The translations under genes and the position numbers were made by a program. 64,000 nucleotides of DNA. Source: an uncultured Flavobacteriales bacterium. GTDB taxonomy: Bacteria > Bacteroidota > Bacteroidia > Palsa-965. This document shows, piece after piece, positions 37,792-47,711 of this stretch. The stretch covers positions 36,498-100,497 of the forward strand of contig CALJIF010000041.1 in the NCBI GenBank assembly GCA_937974275.1, read 5' to 3'. A model generated the notes under the pieces. That model saw nothing but the letters and a program-made list of their open reading frames with translations, was not told where the DNA came from and searched no databases. How positions within the stretch are numbered: the stretch's first letter is position 1; every line of letters begins with the position of its first letter.

Positions 37792-38223
37792 TTGAAATAC
37801 ATTTTCAATATAGCATTCCTACTAGTTGCGGGCTTGTCTGTGCTTCACGGACAAGCCCCTTCTGCAACTGTGAGTGGCCCGGTGATCACATTCCAAGAGG
37901 TTGTGGTAGATTACGGCACTATCTCCCAAGGTAGTGAAGCGGTTCGCGTATTTACATTTACAAATACCGGCAACGAACCATTGGTCATTTCTTCAATCAA
38001 AGGTCAGTGCGGATGCACCAGTATCGGTGACAGTTGGAACAAACAACCTATTCCTCCGGGAGGAACCGGAACATTTTCTGTTAAATACGATACTTCCATC
38101 CGGGTTGGACAATTCGAAAAAAAAATCATGGTGTATTCCAATGCAACCAATGGAACGGGAGGAATTGTAGAAGTACGCGTTAAGGGTAATGTACTACCGG
38201 CCGGAGTTCCAATACCGAAATAA
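37792..38223 (+). CDS. DUF1573 domain secreted protein (paralogue 3)
   Basis: DYGTISQGSEAVRVFTFTNTGNEPLVISSIKGQCGCTSIGDSWNKQPIPPGG. Starts 4 nt after paralogue 2. Confidence 0.7.
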   Translation: MKYIFNIAFLLVAGLSVLHGQAPSATVSGPVITFQEVVVDYGTISQGSEAVRVFTFTNTGNEPLVISSIKGQCGCTSIGDSWNKQPIPPGGTGTFSVKYDTSIRVGQFEKKIMVYSNATNGTGGIVEVRVKGNVLPAGVPIPK

Positions 38224-38231
38224 TTTTTCAA

Positions 38232-38633
38232 ATGGCACAGAAAATAAAAGCATATGGTGGTTTAATCGCAGTTATGTGCATTGTGATCTTGAGTACTGCC
38301 ATGATTGCCGGTGCTGCACTAACATTTGAAGAAACCAAACACAATTTCGGGATGATTCGTCAGGGCGAAGTTGTCTCGCATGATTTTAAATTTACGAATA
38401 CCGGCGATGCACCTTTGATTATCAGTGACGCTGTTGTTACCTGCACCTGTACAAAAGTTGATTTCCCCAAACAGCCTATAGCCAAAGGAGAATCAGGCGT
38501 TGTAAAAGTTACTTTTGAATCGAAAAGTGCTATTGACCGCCAAGAAAGAGCTGTGGTTATAAAATCCAACGCTATTAAGCCTGAAACTACACTTACGATC
38601 AAATGTGTAGTGCTTAAACCAAAAGGCGAATAA
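38232..38633 (+). CDS. DUF1573 domain protein (paralogue 4; N-terminal TM anchor, CGC replaced by CTC)
   Basis: NFGMIRQGEVVSHDFKFTNTGDAPLIISDAVVTCTCTKVDFPKQPIAKGE. Confidence 0.65.
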   Translation: MAQKIKAYGGLIAVMCIVILSTAMIAGAALTFEETKHNFGMIRQGEVVSHDFKFTNTGDAPLIISDAVVTCTCTKVDFPKQPIAKGESGVVKVTFESKSAIDRQERAVVIKSNAIKPETTLTIKCVVLKPKGE

Positions 38634-38687
38634 ATCTGCTTCTTTTTCATTGTAATTACGATCTTTGGCGCTACTAAAAATTGCGTT

Positions 38688-39887
38688 ATGCCGAAGATTT
38701 CCTCAAAAGCAGGTAACATGCCTGCCTCTCCAATCCGTAAACTCGTTCCATTCGCGGAAAAAGCGAAAAAAGAAGGCAAAAAAATCTATCACCTGAATAT
38801 TGGGCAACCGGACATCGAAACTCCGGAAGTGATGTTAAATGCAATTAAGAACTCACCTGTTCGTGTGATCGAATATTCACATTCGGCAGGAAACGAAAGC
38901 TATCGCATAAAACTGGCGGAGTATTACCGTAAATTCAAAATGCCGGTTAATACAGAAGACATCATTATAACCACAGGTGGTTCTGAAGCGATTGAAATTG
39001 CAATGATGACATGCTTCAATCCCGGTGATGAAATTATTATCCCGGAACCATTTTACGCCAATTACAATGGATTTTCTTGTGCGGCAGATCTTGTTATTAA
39101 GCCTGTTCGATCCTACATCGAAAGCGGATTTGCTTTGCCTCCGATAGCAGAATTTGAAAAATTAATCACGTCAAAAACACGTGGTATCATGATCTGTAAT
39201 CCCGGCAATCCGACAGGTTACCTTTACAGCAAGGAAGAGTTGGAACAGCTGAAAACATTAGTTCAGAAATACGATCTTTTTTTGTTGTCCGACGAAGTGT
39301 ATCGTGAGTTTTGTTATGATGGGAAACAATATACTTCGGTGCTTCACCTGGAAGGAATTGAGAACAATACGATTCTCCTCGATTCTATTTCTAAACGCTA
39401 TAGCGCCTGTGGAGCCCGAATTGGCGCCATGATTTCAAAGAACAAAGAAGTGATGGCAGCTGCCATGAAATTCGCGCAAGCTCGATTATCTCCTCCAACT
39501 TTTGGCCAAATCGGTGCAGAAGCTGCATTAAACACACCGGACTCGTATTTCACGGAAGTAATCAACGAATACACCGCACGTCGTGATTATTTGATTGATG
39601 CACTCAATGCTATGCCGGGCGTTTTTTGCCCTAAACCTAGCGGCGCATTTTATTGCATAGCTCGCCTACCTATCGACAACGCAGATAAATTCTGCCAATG
39701 GATGTTGGAATCGTTCAGCCATAACAATGGCACAGTGATGATGGCTCCCGCAACCGGATTCTATTCTACACCGGGAGCAGGTCACAACGAAGTTCGCCTG
39801 GCATACGTACTTAAGAAAAGTGACCTCGAAGCAGCAATATCTTGTTTGGCGGAAGGATTAAAGCAATACCCCGGCAAGACGAACTAG
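38688..39887 (+). CDS. Pyridoxal-phosphate-dependent aminotransferase, class I (aspartate/aromatic aminotransferase-like)
   Basis: 399 aa. SISKRYSACGARIGAM is the PLP-Lys region, and the fold-type I layout fits. Confidence 0.85.
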   Translation: MPKISSKAGNMPASPIRKLVPFAEKAKKEGKKIYHLNIGQPDIETPEVMLNAIKNSPVRVIEYSHSAGNESYRIKLAEYYRKFKMPVNTEDIIITTGGSEAIEIAMMTCFNPGDEIIIPEPFYANYNGFSCAADLVIKPVRSYIESGFALPPIAEFEKLITSKTRGIMICNPGNPTGYLYSKEELEQLKTLVQKYDLFLLSDEVYREFCYDGKQYTSVLHLEGIENNTILLDSISKRYSACGARIGAMISKNKEVMAAAMKFAQARLSPPTFGQIGAEAALNTPDSYFTEVINEYTARRDYLIDALNAMPGVFCPKPSGAFYCIARLPIDNADKFCQWMLESFSHNNGTVMMAPATGFYSTPGAGHNEVRLAYVLKKSDLEAAISCLAEGLKQYPGKTN

Positions 39888-39911
39888 GATGCTCATTCGC
39901 TCAAAGTTGTA

Positions 39912-39942
39912 ACGCGACCATATCGATGGTCGCGTTTTTTTT
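39912..39942 (+). terminator. Rho-independent terminator after the aminotransferase gene
   Basis: acgcgaccat-atcg-atggtcgcgt followed by TTTTTTTT. Confidence 0.75.
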
Positions 39943-40013
39943 GAACAATTACTAAAGCGAGTTGGCGGTGTGAAAGATTGTTCTAAATTGCAGTACACAT
40001 TTAACCCAATCCT

Positions 40014-40514
40014 ATGTACAAAAAAAACCTCTCAGCAGCGGCTTTGGCGTTGTGCATTACTGCGTTTTCGCAGGCACAATCAATTGCCCCAAGCGTCATT
40101 TCGAGTGGTGGTGAATTCTTTTCGAATTCTTCCGGTATGATAGAATGGACCGTTGGTGAACCGATGATTGAAACGTACTCTGCGAGTGGTTTCTTTATCA
40201 CTCAAGGTTTTCATCAGCCCGAGGATGTTAACTCTTCAATTGGAGAGACCGGCATTCCCGTAAACGCGTCCGTTTATCCTAACCCCACCACTGACTTTGT
40301 CAACATTCAATTTGGAGAAGACGTATCCGGTCTTTTCGTAATTGATGTTTACAATGCTCTCGGTCAGCGTATGCAGACCGAACAATTTTCGGCTTCTTCA
40401 TCAGGCAGAACTCAAATTAACCTAAGCGGTTACGCTACCGGAGTGTATTTCATTCAGGTACGTGCTGTAAATGGTAAGGCAAACACCACATTCAAAATCA
40501 CTAAAAATTCTTAA
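40014..40514 (+). CDS. Small secreted protein consisting of a short N-terminal module plus a T9SS C-terminal sorting domain
   Basis: Signal peptide. The C-terminal ~85 aa are T9SS-C-terminal-domain-like (VYPNPTTDFVNIQF...GVYFIQVRAVNGKANTTFKITK). Confidence 0.6.
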   Translation: MYKKNLSAAALALCITAFSQAQSIAPSVISSGGEFFSNSSGMIEWTVGEPMIETYSASGFFITQGFHQPEDVNSSIGETGIPVNASVYPNPTTDFVNIQFGEDVSGLFVIDVYNALGQRMQTEQFSASSSGRTQINLSGYATGVYFIQVRAVNGKANTTFKITKNS

Positions 40515-40526
40515 CCCATCCACTTT

Positions 40527-42440
40527 ATGAAAAAAGTATATACACTGGTTGCTGCGTTGATGTTAGCCTGGGGCGTTTATGCTCAGGCACCAGCCAGTAT
40601 CAAGTACCAGGGTGTAGCTCGTAACTCAACTGGAGCACCAATTGCTAACGGCACAATCACGGTACAATTTGATATTCACAGCGGTTCTGCTTCAGGCCCT
40701 GTAGTATGGACAGAAACTCACACAGGTGTTACAACCAACCAGTTTGGTTTGTTCAACATCAACATGGGTTCGATCACCGCAGGTTTAGATACTGTATTCT
40801 CTGCAGGTCAGGAATTTTTGGAAGTATCCGTTGACTTCGGTACAGGTTTAACTTCCATGGGAACTTCACAGTTCTTATCAGTTCCTTATGCATTGTACGC
40901 ACAAAACTCAGCGAATCCGGGTCCACAAGGTCCTGCAGGTCCACAAGGTCCTTCAGGTGATCCTGGCGTTGCAGGTCCAACTGGTCCTTCAGGTGATCCG
41001 GGCTTGACAGGTCCAACAGGTCCTCAGGGCGATCCGGGAATTGCAGGTCCGACAGGTGCAACAGGTGACACAGGTCCTACAGGAGCAGTTGGCGCAACAG
41101 GTGATATCGGACCAACAGGAGCGCAAGGTCCTATTGGATTAACAGGTGCAACGGGTCCGCAAGGAGCTAACGGGGCGACCGGGGCAACCGGTGCAGCTGG
41201 AGCTAACGGAGCAACCGGTCCGGTTGGTCCTACAGGTTTAACAGGTGCTGCGGGTCCTGCAGGTCCTACCGGTGCTAATGGAGCTAACGGTGCAACGGGT
41301 GCTACAGGAGCTACAGGTGTTACAGGTCCAACAGGCCCGGGCGGCGTAACAGGAACAACAGGTTACCATCCTAAGTTCCTTTCGGCTAACACACTTGGTA
41401 ACTCTATCATGCAAGAGAACACGAATGGTAACATTGGTGTTAATATTTCACCACTAATCCAGTATCGCATGTACGTTTATTCTCAACAATTGACAGCAAA
41501 CGGTGATGGACAAACTACATTGTTTGGCTATCGTACGCGCGACTCCCAAAACGACGGAACAGGTTATGCGCAGTCTGTAGCAAACGACGCTACTCGCGGA
41601 TTCAACTTCTGGGGTGACCTCTATACATTTGGCGTTGGTGGTTGGAACTATAACGACTACACTCGTTGCGGTGGTACATTAGGTGCCGAAGTTTCAGGAA
41701 CCTATTGGGGCTCTATGGGCTACAGAAGTTCAGGATTGCTGAATTATGGTGTTTATGGAACGTCTGCTTACGCTAACGGTGGTGGTCGCATGGCGAACGG
41801 CAACTTCAATGGTATTGGTGGCGCATTCTACGGCGATATGATGGGTGGTTGGGTTCGCGGTGATATCGCAGGTTTAACTACTATGGGTTCTATGTATGCT
41901 GCTTTGAACGTAGGTAACACATACAACTACGGTTACCATGCAGATCTTGTGAACACAGGTGCTGCTATCACTCCTGCTTACGCGGTTACTTCTACTACTG
42001 TAAAAGTATACGACGACGGTTCCGCTCAATTGAACAACGGCACTATTCGTGTAAACTTTACTCCTGAATACGCTGCATTAATTAAAGGAAACGGTAAGCC
42101 GACTATTACTGTTACTCCACAGGGTCAGTGCAACGGTTTGTACATTGTTTCTGTTGACGAAAACGGTTTCAACGTAGCTGAATTGAATAACGGTTCATCT
42201 AATGTTGAATTCTCTTGGATCGCTGTTGGTAAGCGTGTTGACGCTGCACAGAACAGCACTCCTGAGCAGTTGACAAACCGTAACTTCGCTGAAAACATTC
42301 AGGGTGTTATGTTCAATGAAGGTAACACTTCACAGTCCGGAACTCCAATGTTCTGGAATGGTACTAGCTTCCAGTTCACTCCTGCTCCTGTTGCTCCGAA
42401 AGGGCCAAAAATTGAGCCGGGCGTAGCTCCTAGAAACTAA
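40527..42440 (+). CDS. Collagen-like triple-helix repeat protein with a Bacteroidota adhesin/tail-fibre-like N-terminal domain and a Gly/Tyr/Asn-rich C-terminal domain
   Basis: Signal peptide. N-domain [41 protein letters not shown].... About 50 uninterrupted G-X-Y triplets ([28 protein letters not shown]...), then a ~360-aa G/Y/N-rich region. Confidence 0.8.
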   Translation: MKKVYTLVAALMLAWGVYAQAPASIKYQGVARNSTGAPIANGTITVQFDIHSGSASGPVVWTETHTGVTTNQFGLFNINMGSITAGLDTVFSAGQEFLEVSVDFGTGLTSMGTSQFLSVPYALYAQNSANPGPQGPAGPQGPSGDPGVAGPTGPSGDPGLTGPTGPQGDPGIAGPTGATGDTGPTGAVGATGDIGPTGAQGPIGLTGATGPQGANGATGATGAAGANGATGPVGPTGLTGAAGPAGPTGANGANGATGATGATGVTGPTGPGGVTGTTGYHPKFLSANTLGNSIMQENTNGNIGVNISPLIQYRMYVYSQQLTANGDGQTTLFGYRTRDSQNDGTGYAQSVANDATRGFNFWGDLYTFGVGGWNYNDYTRCGGTLGAEVSGTYWGSMGYRSSGLLNYGVYGTSAYANGGGRMANGNFNGIGGAFYGDMMGGWVRGDIAGLTTMGSMYAALNVGNTYNYGYHADLVNTGAAITPAYAVTSTTVKVYDDGSAQLNNGTIRVNFTPEYAALIKGNGKPTITVTPQGQCNGLYIVSVDENGFNVAELNNGSSNVEFSWIAVGKRVDAAQNSTPEQLTNRNFAENIQGVMFNEGNTSQSGTPMFWNGTSFQFTPAPVAPKGPKIEPGVAPRN

Positions 42441-42458
42441 TACAGTCTTTTTTAAAAC

Positions 42459-42494
42459 AAAGCCTATCCGTTGCAGGATAGGCTTTGTTTTTAT
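42459..42494 (+). terminator. Rho-independent terminator after the collagen-like gene
   Basis: aaagcctatcc-gttgca-ggataggcttt followed by GTTTTTAT. Confidence 0.7.
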
Positions 42495-42621
42495 ATGCAA
42501 GCAAAACGCATTTGTAAGATTATTAGTCTTACAAATCACAATGGCGATAATTGCATGACATTAACAATGCATCACGGCACTACTTTTGCTCTCTACCTTT
42601 GTCTCATTTAGGACGCAATCA

Positions 42622-43542
42622 ATGAAGCAACTTATTCTTTTTATTTCTGCTTGCATTGCTCAAATCTGCACAGGTCAATCTGTTGCACCAACCGTTAGCA
42701 CCTCATACTTCCAATATGTCGTACAAACTCTTGCGCATGATTCAATGCAAGGTCGCTTACCGGGAACACATGAGGAAAAAGTTGCAGCGAATTTCATCGC
42801 ACAAGAATTTCAAAAGGCCGGTTGCGCTCCTGTAAAAGAGAATCAATGGCTATTCCCCTTCACCTATGTAAACCCGGACACCGCTCTCGTTCAATCAGCA
42901 GGAAATGTAATTGGTAAAATAGAAACCAAACATAAAAAGTGCATCGTTGTATCTGCTCATTATGACCATATCGGTTACGGCAAATTCCACTCCAAGGATC
43001 CGTTCTCCAGAAAAATTCATAACGGAGCAGATGATAATGCCAGCGGTGTTGCCATGATGTTAGGACTCGCGGCTTATTGTAAAACCAAAATCGACCAACT
43101 TCAGTATGACGTCATCTTTGTCGCATTCTCCGGAGAAGAAGATGGTCTTTGGGGTGCACTAGCATTACTACAGCAAAATATCATTGATACGTCAACAATT
43201 GTTGCAAACATTAATTTGGACATGGTAGGTCGCTTAGATATACTAACGCCTATTTTGGAAATTCAAACCAAACACGCAGGTTCCTGTATTTTCCAAGTTG
43301 CACAAACAGTTAAGTCGGATAAATTCAAAACAATTGTTGCGGAAGACAAAGTGCGCTTCGGCTCAGACCATGCTATTTTTAATGAAAACAGGATTCCTGC
43401 GATACTCGTTTCTACCGGACTTGGCAGTCACTACCACCGCCCCAGCGATGATGCCGCGACCATCAACTATAGCGGCATGATGGCTATCGCTGCGGAAATT
43501 CAAAAACTTATTCTAAACGGAGAACTACTCCGTTGTCAGTAA
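42622..43542 (+). CDS. M28 family zinc aminopeptidase (secreted)
   Basis: Signal peptide MKQLILFISACIAQICTG. HYDHIGYG, GADDNASGVAMML, FSGEEDGLWGA are M28 metal-ligand motifs. Confidence 0.75.
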   Translation: MKQLILFISACIAQICTGQSVAPTVSTSYFQYVVQTLAHDSMQGRLPGTHEEKVAANFIAQEFQKAGCAPVKENQWLFPFTYVNPDTALVQSAGNVIGKIETKHKKCIVVSAHYDHIGYGKFHSKDPFSRKIHNGADDNASGVAMMLGLAAYCKTKIDQLQYDVIFVAFSGEEDGLWGALALLQQNIIDTSTIVANINLDMVGRLDILTPILEIQTKHAGSCIFQVAQTVKSDKFKTIVAEDKVRFGSDHAIFNENRIPAILVSTGLGSHYHRPSDDAATINYSGMMAIAAEIQKLILNGELLRCQ

Positions 43543-45107
43543 ACAATAATTTGTTTAGACTTTCGGGAAGTACCTGTATTCAGGCTAATCGTATAGGTGC
43601 CCGCAGGCATATCTGCAGTCGCAATTTCCATACGATACATTCCTGCACCTTGAGCTCCTCTATTCCACTCTTTAACCAAACGCCCATTTTGATCAAACAG
43701 TTGTAATACTACCGAACTATTCTGAGGAATGAAATAACTCACATTAACAGGAGTATTACCCGCTGTCGGAACAGGGTAAGGATCGTATAACTGAGGTGTT
43801 CGAATAATGTTCTGATAGGCGTTTTGTTGAACAGAATTCAATACTACGCTATCAATAATTATATTTTCATCACCTGCCTGATAAGGCAAATACGCGTAAT
43901 AGATCACCATCATTTCATCATCCGTAGCTTCGCCCGCAGTAACCAATTGCGGAGGATTATTCGGATTGTTCGGATTATTCGCAGTGTTGTCGTAATACGC
44001 ACTTGCATAAACCACGCTGTTTCCGGGAATCACGACAGGCTGCCGGTAAGTGTAAAATCCTTGCCAGTGAAAATTCCAATCAGGAATACTGATCAATGGT
44101 ATGGTATCTCCGGATGGATCTACAGCCCATGACCAAATCGACTTACCGATCAAATGCATGTGCGGAGCAACACTTATCAATGTTAAAGGTGAAGAGACAG
44201 CCACCTGCGCGTTAAACGTACGCGTTGTATTCGCAGGAATAACAAGAGGTCCATTGGTTAATGATGTGGTGTGATTGATAGCCGGCGCTAAAGTCACATT
44301 ACGAACTACTCCGCTTGAAAAAGTAAATCGCACATGAGTACTGTCGGTCTGATTAAACGTACCGGACGGATAATGAATTTGCATAATGATGTAACTGTTC
44401 GCTTCCAGTTTGATACCCATATTTGGCGGCAGTTCATAAACACCTTGACCAGGAACCCAACCCGCTATAAGTGTTGCAGTATTTGAACCTACACCACCAA
44501 AACTGGTATACCCCGGCCCCGGATCATTATTATCCAATGTCACGCAAGTATTCTGCACATCCTGATACACGAGCACGTGGTGTACAATCGGTCTGTTTCC
44601 CGGAACAACTTCAACTTTAGTTATGTATTCATCTTGCGTAATACCTGATGGTACAACAAAACAACGGTACAAATCTGTGGCAGTATTCACGGTGTACGTT
44701 TGCATTTGAGCAGACAAATCCGGATTCGTAATAGCTGGTCCTGCTGTATAAGTTGGCGCCGGCGGAGCATTCGCAATGTTTCCCGATGGAAATCCTGCAG
44801 TTACCCAATTATCAATCGTTGTTATTTCCTGCTGTGTTAAAGCTCGTTCATGGGCAAATCTGGTATATGCGGTATCAGGAGGCCATGGCGGCATTCTGCG
44901 CATAGTTACCGCATTCTGAATATTTGGTGCAACATTAGCTGCATCGTTATAGGTAATCAATGAAAATGGTGCAATACCGCCCGGATGGTGACAATTGGTA
45001 CATTTCCCGTAAAGAATATTCGCCACATCATCTGCCCATGTCGGACTCTGAGCATCTACAGTAGAAGCAATAGTTGCAAGAACAGCAACGAGTAAAAACT
45101 TTTTCAT
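43536..45107 (-). CDS. Secreted copper type II ascorbate-dependent monooxygenase-like (PHM/DBH-like) protein with an N-terminal CxxCH motif and a T9SS C-terminal domain
   Basis: CuH-like IVHHVLVY + MQIHYP. CuM-like APHMHLIGKS + EATDDEMMVIYYAY (compare PHM HTHHLGK and TTDEMC). NFHWQGFY is also PHM-like. N-terminal ILYGKCTNCHHPGG. C-terminal T9SS domain (SVVLQLFDQNGRLV...GTYTISLNTGTSRKSKQIIVY). Confidence 0.65.
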   Translation of the reverse strand: MKKFLLVAVLATIASTVDAQSPTWADDVANILYGKCTNCHHPGGIAPFSLITYNDAANVAPNIQNAVTMRRMPPWPPDTAYTRFAHERALTQQEITTIDNWVTAGFPSGNIANAPPAPTYTAGPAITNPDLSAQMQTYTVNTATDLYRCFVVPSGITQDEYITKVEVVPGNRPIVHHVLVYQDVQNTCVTLDNNDPGPGYTSFGGVGSNTATLIAGWVPGQGVYELPPNMGIKLEANSYIIMQIHYPSGTFNQTDSTHVRFTFSSGVVRNVTLAPAINHTTSLTNGPLVIPANTTRTFNAQVAVSSPLTLISVAPHMHLIGKSIWSWAVDPSGDTIPLISIPDWNFHWQGFYTYRQPVVIPGNSVVYASAYYDNTANNPNNPNNPPQLVTAGEATDDEMMVIYYAYLPYQAGDENIIIDSVVLNSVQQNAYQNIIRTPQLYDPYPVPTAGNTPVNVSYFIPQNSSVVLQLFDQNGRLVKEWNRGAQGAGMYRMEIATADMPAGTYTISLNTGTSRKSKQIIVY

Positions 45108-45168
45108 AGGTTGAATTTGAATACAAGTTACCGTATTTGCTAGTTGGACGCAAACCGAAGCGAATGGT

Positions 45169-46380
45169 TTAATTGAAATCCGGATACAGGAGATATTTTA
45201 CACGAATATCACGAAACGCTGACAACCCTGGCTGCCACGATGCCCTGATTTGCTCTTCTGTTTTACCCGAAATAACCTGGTTCCGTAAATTGGAAGTGCC
45301 TGCAAGCTTATCGAAGAAATTATTAAAAAATTCACCTTTCGTCTTCAATTGGTTGTAACTCGCAATCAGCCAATACAAGTACAACGATTTGTAATCTTTG
45401 ATATACAACAAACCAAATTCTCGTAAATCATATCCATTACACAATTGTCCTTCGTACAACGGTTTTTTCGCCCCGGGTTTTGGTAGTGGTGTAAATGAAA
45501 AATGTGTGCCCTGTAATTGCGGATGACCAAACATCTGAAAAGGCGCATCTGTCCCTCGCCCAACGCTTACAATAGTACCCTCAAACAAACACAAAGACGG
45601 ATACAAATACACACTGCTCATGTTCGGCAAATTGGGAGAGGGTTTTATCGGCAATTGATACAAATCATCATGAGTATAATTAATACATGTAATCACTTTC
45701 AAATCACACTTCACACCTCCTGTTAACCACTTTTCGCCATTCACCATTTGTGCATATTCGCCAACTGTCATTCCGTGAACAATTGGAACCGGATGCAGCC
45801 CGACGAAAGACTTGAACGCCGGCTCAAGTATTGGTCCATCCAGGTAATGTCCGTTTGGATTGGGACGATCCAACACAATCATTCTTACGTTATGCTCGGC
45901 GCAGGCTTCCATTACATAAGTCATGGTGGAGATGTACGTGTAAAAACGAACTCCTACATCTTGAATATCGAATAACACGACATCAATCCCTTTCATATCC
46001 TTTGCCGTAGGTTTGCGATGATCACCATACAACGAAATCACAGGTAGCCCGGTGCGTTGATCTTTTCCTGAACCTATTTCTTCACCGTTATCTGCTGTAC
46101 CGCGAAATCCGTGCTCGGGAGAAAATATTTTCACCACTTTAATCTTCCTAGACAATAACGTGTCCACTAAATGCGTAGTACCAACAAACGAAGTATGATT
46201 AGCAACAATCGCCACACGCTTACCGCTTAATTCGGATAGATATTGATCAAAACGAGCTGCACCGACAGTAATATCTTTATCTGTTTTCTCCGCATTTTGC
46301 TTGGCTCGGATTAAAACTTGCGCCGGCAGCTGACTCATCTGCACAACAACCAGTAAGAAGCAAAATAGCACTCGCATCAT
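45169..46380 (-). CDS. DUF1343 family protein (exo-beta-N-acetylmuramidase NamZ-like)
   Basis: 403 aa. Signal peptide. Family-typical KRVAIVANHTSFVG...PEHGFRG...DVVLFDIQDVGVRFYTYISTM. Confidence 0.75.
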   Translation of the reverse strand: MMRVLFCFLLVVVQMSQLPAQVLIRAKQNAEKTDKDITVGAARFDQYLSELSGKRVAIVANHTSFVGTTHLVDTLLSRKIKVVKIFSPEHGFRGTADNGEEIGSGKDQRTGLPVISLYGDHRKPTAKDMKGIDVVLFDIQDVGVRFYTYISTMTYVMEACAEHNVRMIVLDRPNPNGHYLDGPILEPAFKSFVGLHPVPIVHGMTVGEYAQMVNGEKWLTGGVKCDLKVITCINYTHDDLYQLPIKPSPNLPNMSSVYLYPSLCLFEGTIVSVGRGTDAPFQMFGHPQLQGTHFSFTPLPKPGAKKPLYEGQLCNGYDLREFGLLYIKDYKSLYLYWLIASYNQLKTKGEFFNNFFDKLAGTSNLRNQVISGKTEEQIRASWQPGLSAFRDIRVKYLLYPDFN

Positions 46381-46444
46381 GACGTGAATGTAGCAAGAAT
46401 TGTGCTATTCTTTTAGTCCGGGATTTACACGTATTTTTGAAGCA

Positions 46445-47677
46445 ATGGCAAAATCCGGTTTCGAACAATTGATCGCCTCGCGAATGCTGCTGCAAAAGGA
46501 CGGTGAAGGACGTATGTCCAAACCGATTCTGCGTGTGGCCGTTGTCGGTATAGCTATTGGCATCGCTGTAATGATACTTACGTTGGGCGTCATGACCGGC
46601 TTTCAGAATGAAGTGCGTCAAAAAGTGATTGGCTTTGGGTCGCACATTCAAATAACAGGAATTGACACCAACGAATCTTTCGAAAACGACTCACTCAATC
46701 GCAATCAACCTTCCGTAACCGCAGTTAATGCTGTTCCGGGTGTGCGGCATGTGCAGGTTTTTGCAACAAAAGCCGGCATCATGAAAAATAAAGAACAGCT
46801 CTTAGGTGTTGTTCTAAAGGGCGTAGACTCCGATTTCGACTGGAGTTTCTTTAAAGAAAAAATGGTGGAAGGTAAAATCCTGTCAACTCCTGACTCATTG
46901 AATGAAGTGATTGTTTCTAAAACTATCGCCAATAAAATGCAGCTGCAGTTGAACGATAAATTCAGAATGTTCTTCCTGCGCAACAATGAAACCAAGCAAC
47001 GTTTATTCAAAGTTGTCGGTATTTATGAAACAGGTTTATATGATGGCTTTGACGATCGTTTTCTCATTTGTCATTTACGACAAGTCCAAAAACTGAATAA
47101 CTGGGACAGTGTCCATGTCGGCGGCTTTGAAGTATTGGTTGATAATTACAATGCGCTGCAGCCTGTAACTGAATCAATACGTGAAACTTTGGATTATGAT
47201 TTGGATGCGATCAATATCAGAGAACTTACTCCACAAATATTTTCATGGCTGGATATTTTAGATACTAATGCAATGATCATTATTGTGCTCATGTTATTTG
47301 TTAGTATGATTAACATGATCAGCGCGTTAATTATTTTAATTCTGGATCGCACCAACATGATTGGGATACTAAAAGCAATGGGCGCCGGTAATAAAGCGAT
47401 CATGCGAATTTTTATGCGACAAGCTGTACGCCTTATTGGAATTGGATTATTGTGGGGTAATATGGTTGGCATTGCGTTCGGCTTTCTACAAAACAAATTT
47501 GGACTCATTCAGCTGGATGAACGGTCATATTATGTCGATCACGTCCCGGTAGACTTTGTGGCATGGCAACTAATTACACTTAACCTCGCAACTCTGGTGC
47601 TATGTACATTGGCGCTGATCATTCCTGCACTCATCGTAACACGAATTTCTCCTGTTAAGGCGATACGTTTTAGCTAA
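46445..47677 (+). CDS. ABC transporter permease, LolC/LolE (FtsX-like) family with a MacB-like periplasmic domain
   Basis: N-terminal TM, large periplasmic domain, C-terminal FtsX 3-TM bundle. Start chosen at MAKSGFEQLIASRMLLQKDG. Confidence 0.75.
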   Translation: MAKSGFEQLIASRMLLQKDGEGRMSKPILRVAVVGIAIGIAVMILTLGVMTGFQNEVRQKVIGFGSHIQITGIDTNESFENDSLNRNQPSVTAVNAVPGVRHVQVFATKAGIMKNKEQLLGVVLKGVDSDFDWSFFKEKMVEGKILSTPDSLNEVIVSKTIANKMQLQLNDKFRMFFLRNNETKQRLFKVVGIYETGLYDGFDDRFLICHLRQVQKLNNWDSVHVGGFEVLVDNYNALQPVTESIRETLDYDLDAINIRELTPQIFSWLDILDTNAMIIIVLMLFVSMINMISALIILILDRTNMIGILKAMGAGNKAIMRIFMRQAVRLIGIGLLWGNMVGIAFGFLQNKFGLIQLDERSYYVDHVPVDFVAWQLITLNLATLVLCTLALIIPALIVTRISPVKAIRFS

Positions 47678-47711
47678 AAGCCGTTACTTTTGTCCTCTAA
47701 TCCAAACTACC

